This document shows, piece after piece, positions 1-11,288 of a stretch of 64,000 bases of DNA. Location: the NCBI GenBank assembly GCA_004431415.1, contig QPMI01000632.1:124001-188000 (forward strand), read 5' to 3'. The translations under genes were made by a program, and so were the position numbers. Each line of letters opens with the position of its first letter. Within the stretch, counting starts at the first letter, position 1. The stretch is from Cyanophora paradoxa CCMP329. Its lineage: Eukaryota; Plantae; Glaucophyta. Below the pieces are notes generated by a model. That model did no database searches and was not told the origin of the DNA. It saw only the letters and a program-made list of their open reading frames with translations.

Positions 1-895
1 CATGTGTCATTAGCATTTTGTGCCCCCGCCCAGTTTCGTGTTCGCTAAGTGCGCCTCGCCGAGTCGTACGCGTGAGCTGAGAAAACCAATTGCAACTGCG
101 ACATGGACAGATAGCGAGTGCTTCAAAAACTCGGATTGTACGGGCTACACCGGTCTCACCATCAGCGCCAACGACAAGAGCTGGGTGGCCAGCCAGTGCT
201 ACAAGGAGAGCTCGACGGGATCGTTCAGATACGACGATGGCTCCACAAAGACCTGCCATAAGGTGCAGAAGGATCCGGAGGTTCTCGCTTATGTGTATCC
301 TCTCCCGCTGAACACTCCTTCGGCACAGATCAGCGACATTAAAAATAGTAAGAAATCTCGATCTTCTGCGCATATGGGTCGCGAACGTAAACACTCGCTG
401 CGCCGCCGCCGACTCGCCGCGCCGGCAGACTACTCGTGCTATCCTACCTCCAACTGCTCCGGCACGGCCAGCCCGACCGGCAACACTGACTTCCACTCTG
501 CACTCATGAACTGCGTGAACAACTTCAAGCTGTCGCTGAAGTTCGGGTCTAGGTGCTACTCGCAGCTCGACGACGAGGAGCAGGTGCGCCTTGCAGGCGT
601 GGGCCGCTAGCGCTGTGGGATATCGATGTGACCCGCGCCGGGATCCGGATCCGGAGCCAAATCGCTCGAACCCGCAGGTGGTGAGCGTGGACGAGTCTGA
701 GGCCGAGGCCGACATGGACGCCGCAGAGATCGAAGCCGAGATCGAGTGCGAGGCCGCGGTGCGCTCCGGATCCGCAATATTTCATGGCGGGAGCGCTCGC
801 GGTGAATTCGAACGGAATAAATCTTGACTTGCGGCGCGCGGTATGCGCAGATGCTTGCGGATGCAGAGTGCATCGACTTCGAGGCGTGCGCCTGA
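1..895 (+). CDS. Cys-rich protein with acidic C-terminal tail, copy 1 (multi-exon; 5' end probably outside the window)
   Basis: GT-AG splicing joins ...ECFKNSDCTG...CYKESSTGSFRYDDGSTKTCHK|ISDIKN|NYSCYPTSNCSG...CYSQLDDEEQ|VVSVDESEAEADMDAAEIEAEIECEAA|MLADAECIDFEACA*, with the stop at 893-895. The same exon series recurs in a paralog immediately downstream. Confidence 0.6.
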
Positions 896-1225
896 TCATG
901 ATCATAACCGCCCTACGCCGAGATCTATATATAGCGCCAGCTATTACCGGTAGCTTCGAATTCGGGTTGTGAACAGTATATATATCTCTTCACGTGTATA
1001 CATGGCCGAATGCATATATATGGCCCTGTACACTGAACCCGTTTAGCAAGAAAAAGGCGGCCGCGGCCGCGGCCACGGTGGGGGCCGGGCCACCATGCGA
1101 GGCTCATGATCACGTGCGCGCCTTCACGCCAGTGATGGTATACAAAATTCATGGCGACTCGTGACCTCTGCGACACAGTGACTATCATCATGATCAAGTC
1201 AAGAGTGGGGCGGGAGTATTTACAA

Positions 1226-1829
1226 GATCTCTGACGTCACGAAGAGTGCGAGAGCCTCTCTTTGATCGCGCACGTGATCGAAGCCTCTAGATGTAACTCG
1301 CTTGTCGTCGTCTGCAAATTACACCTGCTACAGGGGCTCTGGCTGCACCGGCTCGATCCCCGCTTCCGGCTCGAATAAAAATTTCGGAGATGCGATTCTT
1401 CACTGCGCTAACAACGCCTCGCTTTCCATGAAGTGGGACACCCATTACTACAGCCAACTTGATGATGAGGCTCAGGTGCGCTCGCGCAGCCGCTGAGCGC
1501 AAACGCGCGCGAAAGCTTCTGTAATATTATACCGCGTGTCTGAAACCAATTGCAATGTATATATATGCATCATACCAACATTTGAAACTGTAAGCTTGCA
1601 ATTGTTGATAGAACACGCATTCCGGCAGGCCCTGGGCGTCGAAGAGCTCGAGGCAGACCTTGAGGAAGCCGACATGGACGCCGCAGAGATCGAAGCCGAG
1701 ATGGATTCCGAGGCCGCGGTGCGCTTATAATTACAGCACAGCTTTGCTGCAGTAAACGCCAGTGAATTAATATTGGAATCGCAGATGCTTGCGCATGCGG
1801 AGTGCATCGAATTCGATGCCTGTGCTTGA
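1226..1829 (+). pseudogene. Tandem paralog (copy 2) of the Cys-rich/acidic-tail protein, probably degenerate
   Basis: Exons read ISDVTK|NYTCYRGSGCTG...YYSQLDDEAQ|ALGVEELEADLEEADMDAAEIEAEMDSEAA|MLAHAECIEFDACA*. The acceptor near 1317 reads AA instead of AG, a copy-1 Cys is Tyr here, and no upstream exons were found. Confidence 0.5.
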
Positions 1830-1884
1830 CGCTCTTCTTCTAATGATAAACTAGTGGCCCCGCCGCGTTTTGGCGCGCCGGGGG

Positions 1885-2688
1885 TGCAAGGGGGGAATCG
1901 GGACCGCTCTTCGGTCGCAACTCGAGCGCTCGGTTTGCCGCTGATGCGCTCGCAAGAGCTGGTCAGCTCGCAAGAGCGGCGGAGGCAGCCAAGCGCAGGG
2001 CCGAGGCGACACTCGAGGGTGCGGGCCGCCCGGCGCCGAAGGACAGCCGCCGGGGCGCCACCGAGGTCGGCGCAGCGGTGCGGCGGCGAGCAGAGGCTGC
2101 AGCCACGTCCCCCGCGGAGCAGCACGCGGCCTTCGATCGCAAGGAAAAGCTACGTGGTACGCTCCACGCCGGCCCACGGGCTGCGCGTGCGTCGGTGCTG
2201 CAGTGCAAGCTTGATGCAGTGAAAAGTAGTCCAGGCGGCACGGGTACCGTGCGGCGTACGCGGCGCAGTGCGAGCCTCGGAGGAAGCGGAAATCTAGAGG
2301 AGATCGATCAAGACAGCTAGGGAGAAGTGGTTCCATGCAGAACCGCGCAAGGAAGCGCAACGAAGAAAGGCGTACGCGACGCACTGCGAGGAAGCCGAAA
2401 TCTACAGGAGACAGCTAGGGAGAACTGGTTCCATGCAGAACCGCGCAAGGAATTCGAAGACCGGAATGAGAGAGAAGTTGGTTTCCAGGCATCAAGGCGA
2501 CGAAAACTGGTCTTCGCCCGCGAAAACCGCTTTTTGCATGGACGGCCGCAGCGACAAACACGTGGCGCAACCCAATTTCGACCCATTTTTTTCCCACGTT
2601 GCAAACTGGACCTCGAAAACGGCCTAGAAGAAATTTTGGCTGAAGCGAGGGAACGGGAAGCAAGGGGGTCCCCTTCCCCCCTTGCAAT
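1885..2688. mobile_element. Non-autonomous DNA-transposon-like repeat with imperfect terminal inverted repeats
   Basis: TGCAAGGGGGGAATCGGGACC (1885-1905) is inverted relative to GGTCCCCTTCCCCCCTTGCA (2667-2686). The 3' half (about 2185-2688) is homologous to about 41300-41750, and both end at CCCCCTTGCAAT. There is an internal tandem duplication of about 90 bp (2255-2452). No TSD seen. Confidence 0.5.
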
Positions 2689-3600
2689 CATCGCTTTCGA
2701 CATACATAAATGTCGGACTCCAAGAGACTCTTTGTTCGGTGTAATATTAATCCTCTCTAGATCGGTGACATAATTATCGTTCATTTCGTGCATAGAAATG
2801 TGTCACAGGTTTTCATGATCAGGACAGCTTGGAAAGACGCTTTTATTGACCTTTGTGGCGGATATATATATATATCGTACAAGGCCATTGGTTTTTGGAT
2901 GCGAGCTTGCAATTGAGAATCGGATTCGGGGGGTCAACAAGGTATTAAATATTGGATTGCATGCCCACATGTACAGGAGAGCGACAGGAGCCATGGCCAG
3001 GAGCTGCTGCGCATGCTATAGCTACAATCTGCAGCTGCTGCTTGCTGTGGCATTGACGTCGATTCACGCATGCATATACTTTTGCATTTGAAGGCCCCGG
3101 AATTCTCACGCAATCCTTGCGCAATCCTTACCACCAGTACGTCTTCTGCATATGTCCTGCACTCTAGAACCTATAGCTAAATCTCCTGTGGCTAATTATA
3201 AAAGGAAGCACTGATTCAGACCCTATTGTGTGAGCCAATATTAATTCTAGTCATGATTTCGATCTTTGGAATAAAAAAAGCGTTTGAAACAAAGCGAAAA
3301 CACTTATAAACCGAAGCAATAAACCCGGGAAGCGGTCAGTCAAAAGCGAACAGTATCACAAGAGCGAAATAATGTACTTCATGCTACCTCACATGCGGCC
3401 TTGCATGGGGCGTTGTGGACAAGCTTAAGATACGACGAGCACTATCAGATCTAGATCGCTGCGCGCATGCGCATGCCTTTCCGTCCCAGTGACCCGAGTG
3501 GAAAACAAGGCCCAGCGTGCACAGCCGGAGTTTGAAGGAAGCATGTCGACGCGATCTCTAGACCGGAATCAATAAATATTCTCGCGATCGGCCTACCGGG

Positions 3601-6600
3601 CTAGACGAGGCCGGCGGCGGCGTCGGCGACGTGGTTCACGGCGGAGTCGACGTGCTCGTTGTGGGAGAGGACGCGCTCCACGTCCTTGCCCGGCCCCGCC
3701 CCAGGCTTCAAAACCGCGCCTTCCGGCTCCTTCGAAGTCGGATTCGGGCTCTTCTCCGGATCCGCCGCCCTCGGGTCCGCCTCGCCAGCCGCGGCCGCCG
3801 CGGCCGCCTTGCTGGCCTTGCGGGCGCGGAGGAGGCGCTGCGCCTTGACCAGGAGGCCCAGCATCTTCGCCGCCGCCGCGTTAGCGTTCAATTGCAAACA
3901 TTTTAATTTACATATATATAGTTCGAGAAAAGCGGCGGGGACCTTGAAGACGTTCAGGACGGCGGAGACCATCCAGACGAGGAGCGCGAGCAGCTGGAAG
4001 GCGATCACTGCCGGCGCGGGGCGGCCCCGACGTCAGCTGCGGGCCAGACATGTACAGGCGAAATCGGAGTCGGGATCGCACTGGCGGAGGCGATGGCGCT
4101 GGAGTTGGAGGGGGGCCCGCTGGCGGCCGCCCCCACGAAGGCCGTCGCGATGAGGAGGACGAGGATCTCCTGGGCCAGCGTCAGGGCCTGCGCCCCGGCC
4201 CCGGGAGCCGTCAGGGCGGATCCTGATCGCGATCGGCCGCGGGCCGGCACTCTATATCGCAAGCTTTACGCTATGGCTCATAAAGCTTCGTTCGTACGCG
4301 TCCTCCACCATTTCCGTCAATCGATATTTCCTATCAAATACGGATTAGCGCATGCGCACCTGGAGGAGGTTGTCGGTCTTGGCGACGAAGGGCCGCGCCC
4401 ACACCACAAACGCCAGGTCCAGCGCCTGCGATAAATATGAATAACTTCACTGGATTTCGCGATCGCGCGAAATTAAATTCGCGCGGGGCAGGCCTGGAGA
4501 ATAATGAGGAGGGCGAGCTGGCCGCCCTCCGCCGAGCGCCCGCCGGCCGTCCTGCCCGGAATGGCGTCGAAATATTCGGAATTTCTCAGAGTCTCGAAAT
4601 TGAGTGATGGGAGTCCGGAGCGCACGGGTCGCCGGTGGAGAAGAGGCCGAGGACGAGGGCCATGAGGAACTTCTTCGTGAGGTCCAGCGGCAGGTAGAGG
4701 TACCCCGCCCGCCCCTGCACGTAGCTCTGCGCACCGGCAGCCGAGCTTGAGGGAGACGCGCCCAACTGCAGGCCCAGCCTGGCGGGGGCGAGCGAGGCGG
4801 GGGTTTTCGCGCCTGGAACGCGAGGCCGTACTTGGCGAGGAAGCGGGGGCCCTGCTCGGCCTCCCGCACCTCCCACTGGCCCCGGTCGTTGAACTGCCGC
4901 CCCGAAATGTCGGCGGATAATTATAACAGCGAAGAAACGTTTCATTGCGGCGTCTCCTCGTCAAAGCTTATATAATAGTATTAATTCGGGCGCACGTCGC
5001 TGAAGCGGTCGACGAGGACCTCCAGCTTGCCCGGCGGCTTGGAATTCGGCGCCGGCTCGCCCGGCGCCGGCTCCGCCGCCGCCGCCTCGCCCCCCTCGGC
5101 ACCCGGCTTGCCGTCGGTCTGGCCCGCCTCCCGGGGGGCGCTCGTGATGAGCTCGTCCCCCATCGACTTGAGGGACACTGCGCGCGGGCCGGGGGGGCGT
5201 CGCGAGACGTGAGGCTGGGGGGCCCAGGGGCCCATTGGGTTGGCTTCGAATTCGGCGGGCACGCACGCTGGGGCTCGGCGGGGGCGGGAGCGTCGAGGGA
5301 GGCGATCCGGCCGCCGGCGGGCGCGGGGCCGGCCTTCGAGTTCTCGTCGGCCGCGAACTTGCCGGGGGGCTCCGGGGCGGGCGCCACCACGACCTCGGGG
5401 GAGACAGGCGCCGGAGCCGTCCGGCGTTTCGACTGCCGGGACCGACGCCGGCCCGGCGACGGCGCGTCAGACCAGAAAGCTCGAGCTCGAGGGTTTAATT
5501 ATTCGATTAGGTGAGAGGCTAGCTATAGGGCCAGAGGCCTTCGAATTCGGAAGGCAAGCGAAATTGTGTGCACATCGATATCAGAATAAATGATAAGGTG
5601 CTTTAAAAGGCGACGGCCCGGCGACGTTGACAACGCGTCAGACCAGAAAGGGGAATATGATTGGGTGAGAGGCTAGGGCCATGGCCAGAGGTCTTCGAAT
5701 TCGGGACGCAAGCGTTGTTTGCGCGTCAGATTAAATTACAAGGGCTAGGTGCTTTAAAAGGGATCTCGTCCCGGAGTCCAGGCCGCGGGCCGTTAAAAGC
5801 GAGCGAAGAGGCGTGGGGGCCGCGGAAGGCGCACCACGGCGGGGACAAACGCGACGACGGCCGAGTCGCGGAACTTGCCGGCCACCTGCGCATGCCGGCG
5901 CCGGCCCGCAGAGTCAACAGAGGGCACGCCTCGAAGCGGAAGAGTCCCGGGTGAAATAACATAAAAGCCAAGATGGGGGCGGGCCTTGCGGCGGAGGGAG
6001 TAGAAGAGGAAGGCGACGTAGAAGGCGGCCGCCAGCAGCTCGAAGAACGCCAGCGCCACGCACGCCACGTTGTACTGCGCGCGGGGGGGGCGGTATTAGA
6101 TTCGGATCTGGAGAGGCAAAGGGAGGGGCAGGGGCGGAAGGGGGGGGCGGGACCTGGGGGGCGGTGGACTGGAGGCCGGCGGCGGCGGAGATAACGACGC
6201 CAGCGAAGACGGCGTTCGCAGCCGCCACCTGCGAGCCTTTGATTTAAGCGCGGGGCGCAGCGCTCCGCAGATGGGCGCGGGAGCCGCCACCTCGATCTTC
6301 GGCCACGACTGCCGGCGCGCGGGGGGGGCGCCCGTCAGGCGATCGCGAGCCGGTGCGTGCTGCTCCCTCATTCCCGGGAGGCCTAGGGGGGCGGGGCGCA
6401 CGAGGATGGCGGGGAGGGGCCGCTTCAGGGCGAAGAGGAAGACGACGGTCGGTATCGCGTGCAGCACGAGCACGACCGAGAAGACGATGGTCGTCCACGC
6501 TGCGGGGCGCGCGGCGCCGCCGGGTCGGATATCGACAGGCCTCGTTCGGTATCAAAATTACTCGATGAGAGCCTACCGAGGTTGGTGAGGAGGCCGACTG

Positions 6601-9600
6601 CGGTCGGAGAGTAGCGCGCGGGGTTGATCACCACGGCCCTGCGCACGCGCCCCGGCCGCGTCGGGAAGGGTGGAGCGGGGTGGGGAGGGGGTTGGGGGGG
6701 GGAGTGGGGAGGGGGCGGAGGCATGGGGGAGGGGGGGGAAGGGGCGGGGTGTGCGGGTCAGGGGTCGGGGCGGGGGGCGGGGGGTGGGAGGGGGGAGGAG
6801 GAGAGGGGGTCGGGGGCAGGGGGATTGCACGTGTCGGGGACACCGGCGCTGTTGCGGAACTGGAGAAGGGTCCACGAGAGGCCCTCCGTCATCTTCCCGT
6901 ACGCCACGGGCAGCTGCGCGCAACGAGTTCGAATCAAGATTCAACCAGCTTAGATACATGTAGATCTCAAGACTCAAAGCTCATAATAACATTACTTCAG
7001 AATTCTATTTGGGGCCGCGCACCTGGACGGCGAGGTACGATGTGAGGGCCGTGAACTGCACGTGGGAGACCGCCGCCATGAGGCTGCCCGCCACGCCCCC
7101 GACGCCCCCGCCCGCCGCGCCCCCGCCCGCCGCCCCCGCGCCCCCGCCCGCCGCGCCTCCGCCCGCTGCACCCCACTCGTGCGTCAGGAAACAGAAGTCA
7201 CAGAAAATTAGAGCCTTTCGTGGCGCTCAAGATTCAAGTATGGAGGGGCGCCGGCGGACCCTGACTGGAGACGGTGGAGGAGACGGCGCCGCCGGCGGTG
7301 CCCGAGACGACAGCCACGACGACCAGGACCGTCATCGCGACGCCCACCTGCCCGCCGCCGGCGCCGGCCAGAGTCAGCGCCAACCCTCGCGATTCCAGGC
7401 AAGATCTAGAGGTCGATTATATACGAGCCTAATTTATAAGCGATTCTACTTGCGCAGTAGCGGAGCTCCTAGAGGTTACCCATGGAGATGCGAAACGGGG
7501 GAGGGGGGAGGGGGTGGGGTGGGGGTGGGGGCGGGGGGGGGGGGGGGGAGAGAAATGTGTGTGGCCATTTGGGGGGGGAGAGGGGGAGGGGGAGAGGGCG
7601 GGGGTACCGGTGCACGTAGGGGCGGGAAAGGGGGGGGGAGAAGGAGTGGGGTGAGGTGAGGTGGGAGTGGGGTGGGGTGGGGGGTGGGGTGGGAGGGGGG
7701 GGGGGGGGGGCAGTTGGGGGCAGTTGGCATGGGGTGGAAGGGGGGGGTCTGAATTCGAACCTGCTTGCCGCGAGTGGCCTCGCCATTTTCGTCCCCGTAG
7801 TATTGCGGGGCGGCCGGGGCGTCGGGCATGGCGACCGGCGTCGGGGTCGGCGCCGCCTCCGCCAGCGCTGCCGCGGCCGAATTCGAAGGCAGCGTCGAAC
7901 GCGACCGGTGGGCGCTTGTAATCAGCTTCCGCTTGCGAATAATGCGGGCGGGGCGCACAGGCGAGCTGGGCGGTGGAGGTGGCGCGGCCGGCGAGGACGA
8001 GGTCCTCGTACGAGGCGAAGGCGAGCGTGTAGGGCGCCGAGGCGATCCCGCGGAAGGCCGCGAAGTCCCCGCACGACTGCGCCCCCGGCCCGAACGCCGC
8101 GAAGATCCGCGCCCTGGCAGCGTCGACGATTTAGAGAATTGAAGTGAAGGAGTATTGCGATGTTGATTAGAGCCATCGGAGGTTATTATAATATTATATA
8201 TACATAATTAGCTGGCGGACCCGAGGGCCTGCGTGGCGGCGGCCTGCTGGACGAGGGCCGCCGCGTCGTCGGGGCAGCTGTTCATCACGACGTAGAAGAT
8301 CTGCGTACCCCCATTAGGAAGGGGTGGCCATGGGAGGGTGCGGGGTGCTGCGGTGTGTGGGGGGGGTAGGGGGTAGGGGGCAGGGGCAGGGGGGGGGGGA
8401 TGGCGGGCCTTGCTGTAGGGGTTGGACGAGCGGCTCTGCGGGCGGATGAGAGGGGCGAGGGGGCGCCGCGCATATTCGACGGGGCGGGAGGACGCGCGCC
8501 GAGGCGGCGAGGGCGAACTCGCTGTGGGTGAGGTTGAGCGCCTGGGCGACCGAGCTGCCGGCCCCCGTCGTCCCCTGCCGCTCCTGCCCCGGGGCTCGCG
8601 ACCGCGAGGGAAAGCGGGGCGGGACGGGGCTGGGCAAGGCGGGGCGGGGCGGGCCGGGCTGAAGAGGGGCACGCGGGCCGCGACGATGCTGGTGGGCAGG
8701 GAGCGGGTGACTTGGGCGCTCTTCGGCAGCGTGATGAGCGTCTGCGCCGCATGGCCAGCGGGGGCCGCCGCTCGCGTTCGTGAGGCGCGGCCGCCGAAGA
8801 GAAGGCGAGGCCCGCGGAGATATCCCTGAAGCTCGTGATTATAATAATTAGAGGCGCACCGAGGAGCCTGAGCCAGTCCCCTGGAAGGTGCGGACGCCGT
8901 ATCTGTCATGGCCAGAGGATGGCGTGTAATATTAATTATATAAGAAGGCTTATAACAATTGCAAAGAAGCTTAAGGCGCCCTCGCGTCCTCTGGCATCGA
9001 TGTCCAAACACATCATTAATTATAATAGATTCTTTATTGAAAGGCTCTCGATCTGCGGACCGGAGCTCGGAGAAGGAGATCTGAAAGGAGGCGGCGGAGC
9101 GCGTCGCCCACTCGACCTGCGGTTCGTGATCAGCTACGGTCTCAGATCGCTTCGAGAGCGGCCCCGGACAGGCGCGGGCCCGCCCGCCCCCTCACCTGGT
9201 CGTACAGCTCCGCGTTCGTGACGCTGCACCGGCGGCCGCGCTCAGGGCGGATCTTGCCCCGGGCCGGGGCAGGCTCGAGCTCGCGGTTGGCGGGAATTGA
9301 GAATTGAATTGTCGCTAAAACTAGAATTGAGAGCGGCGGGGCGGACTTGCGGGTCGCGTCAAGGAGGAAGATCACGTCGGCGCGGATGGTGTGGACCGGC
9401 GGCGGCAGCGCTGCCTCGGAGATCAGCGGCCGCGCGCTCGGAAATTCGGAAATGCTTGAGTTCGGAGCTCGAGGGGCCGGGCCGGGCCGGGGCGCACGGG
9501 GCAGGAACGTGACGGGGAGCAGGGGCTGCGCGTTCCAGGTGAAGTTGTAGGGGGCCAGCTCCTCGCCGTGGGCCCCCCAGTTGCCCGTCTGCCCCGCCCA

Positions 9601-10452
9601 GTACCACGTGCAGCCGCGGACCCCCAGCGACGGGCACAGCCGCTCCGACGAGAGCGTCCCGTTGGGGTACACCGAGAAGGGCGAGTTGCCCGTGAAGCTC
9701 GTCTGCTGCACGTTCGAGGGAGATACCGACGCGTTGCGGAAGACCTGGAGGAGGGGCAGGGGGTGGGGGCTTAGGGGGGTACTTTGGATGGGTAGGAGGA
9801 GTACCGACGTACCCGGAAGCACGCGTCGCTCCACGTGGCTGTAGGGCAGAGGTACAGGTCCTGGGGGTACGGCTCACGGTGGGGGACGTGAGCATCGGAG
9901 GAGGAGGGTACCGGGTAGCGGTACAGGGGCTTGGTCGCCGGGACGCTGCGCGCGAGGCCGGTACCCGTCAACGGGTGCGAGCGAGATCGAGAGGGGAAGA
10001 AGGCCCGCACTTGAACACGTTGTACCCGACGCCACAGAGGTTGCTGGTCGGCTCGGCGGACGCCCCCAACGTGGCAGCTGCGGGCGGGGAGGGGGCCGGG
10101 CGGGCCCGGGGGCGCGGGGGTCAGCTTGATCATGAGGCGGGGACAGCGGCCAGGGCTGGAGGGCGAATTCGAAGTGGCGGGCGGCACCGTCGAATGCGGG
10201 GCAGCTGCGCCAGAGCTCGTTGGCGGGGGTGCCGACCAGGTACGGGAGGACGGAGGGCTGGGCCGGCGCCCCGGGCTCCTGCACCTGGCCGGCCGCGAGC
10301 GCCAGCACGGCCGCCGTAATAGCGAGTATCAGAGCCACGTTGCGATAAGCGCCTGAGATCGGACCAGCCGCATTCGCGCCGACTAGTGCTGAGGTACAAA
10401 TTTGGCGTGGCCCGCTCTGGGCTGCTGATCCAGGTTCTCCGCTCCTCTTCAT
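3601..10452 (-). CDS. Membrane protein: hydrophobic leader, extracellular region with vWA domain, C-terminal TRP-like (PF06011-type) multi-TM domain; multi-exon
   Basis: Hydrophobic leader VALILAITAAVLALAAG. vWA motifs: DVIFLLDAT|CS, GSSVAQALNL, IFYVVMNSCPDD...GARIFGVRAG. TM region: SLMAAVSHVQFTAL...LPVAYGKMTEGLSWTLL, RFLAKYGLAF, YLYLPLDLTKKFLMALVLGL, FVVWARPFVAKTDNLL. Stop at 3601-3603. Confidence 0.65.
5464..5762. repeat. Diverged tandem duplication (about 130-170 bp units) within an intron of the vWA/TRP-like gene
   Basis: GCGTCAGACCAGAAAG...GTGAGAGGCTAG...TTCGAATTCGG...GGTGCTTTAAAAGG occurs twice, starting at about 5464 and 5635. Confidence 0.85.
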
Positions 10453-11288
10453 GCGAAGCTCCGCTCTCACTGGGACTAGAGGCTTATCTTAAAGCTTAAG
10501 TGGCGGTACTGACGCCGGCCGCGGCGCTGAATTGGGATTGCAATTGGAAGCGTGATCAGCACGGTGGGCCTGCGATGCATACGCCGCGCTTAGCGAGCGT
10601 ACGCGGCCGATCCTGCAGCTGCCGGTCATTGACGACGTGAGCAATGGCCGCGGGCCTCTCACAGAGTCTCACCTCAGCTTCGCGTGGCAGCAATGGGCTG
10701 GCGCGACAGGGCGCGCGGCCGCGCACTTTGCAATCGGACCCGTACCTCGCCGCCGAGTCGCCGGCGCCTCGGAGAGAGCTGTAGCTAAGCGTAGGAACGC
10801 GCGGCGCTGCTGCGGCTGCTCTCCATGACCAGCTGGTGACGTCTGGTCAGCTAGCTGTAGCCTTATCGCGCCGGTGCAGACCGTCGGACGCCCGCTCCGA
10901 GTGTTACTAAGTTAACGGCCGAGCCATGTACCCCGTTTGCGGAAAACAATTGAGCGGGAACTTGAGCCACGGAGCTTTGCTGAACCAATCGCGATCGGCC
11001 CGGCGCATGCTCGAGCTAGCGCTGGCGCCGCTGGCGCTGGCGCCGCTCAACGGCCGCTGCGGCGATGGCTTCGTTTGAAAACTGTTTCGCCAGCAAAGGC
11101 TCCGTCTGCTCGGATCCGGAGCAAAGGTCCCAGGCCCTGAGGGGGGAAAGGTCCCGGACTCTCGGACCCGGAGTCGAGTTTTTAAAAAACTCGACCGCGA
11201 ATGAAATTCAATAGGCTCTGTTTCTGTTTCTGTTCGAAGGCAGGCTGGGGGACCGGGGGACCGGGGGACAGGGGGCAGCGGGGGGCGG

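Noticed and set aside
2731-2770. Peptide match FGVILIL(L)SRS between ORFs at 2.7 kb and 44.85 kb
   Set aside because: The match is short, flanks are unrelated, and the second site is intronic, so it is likely chance.
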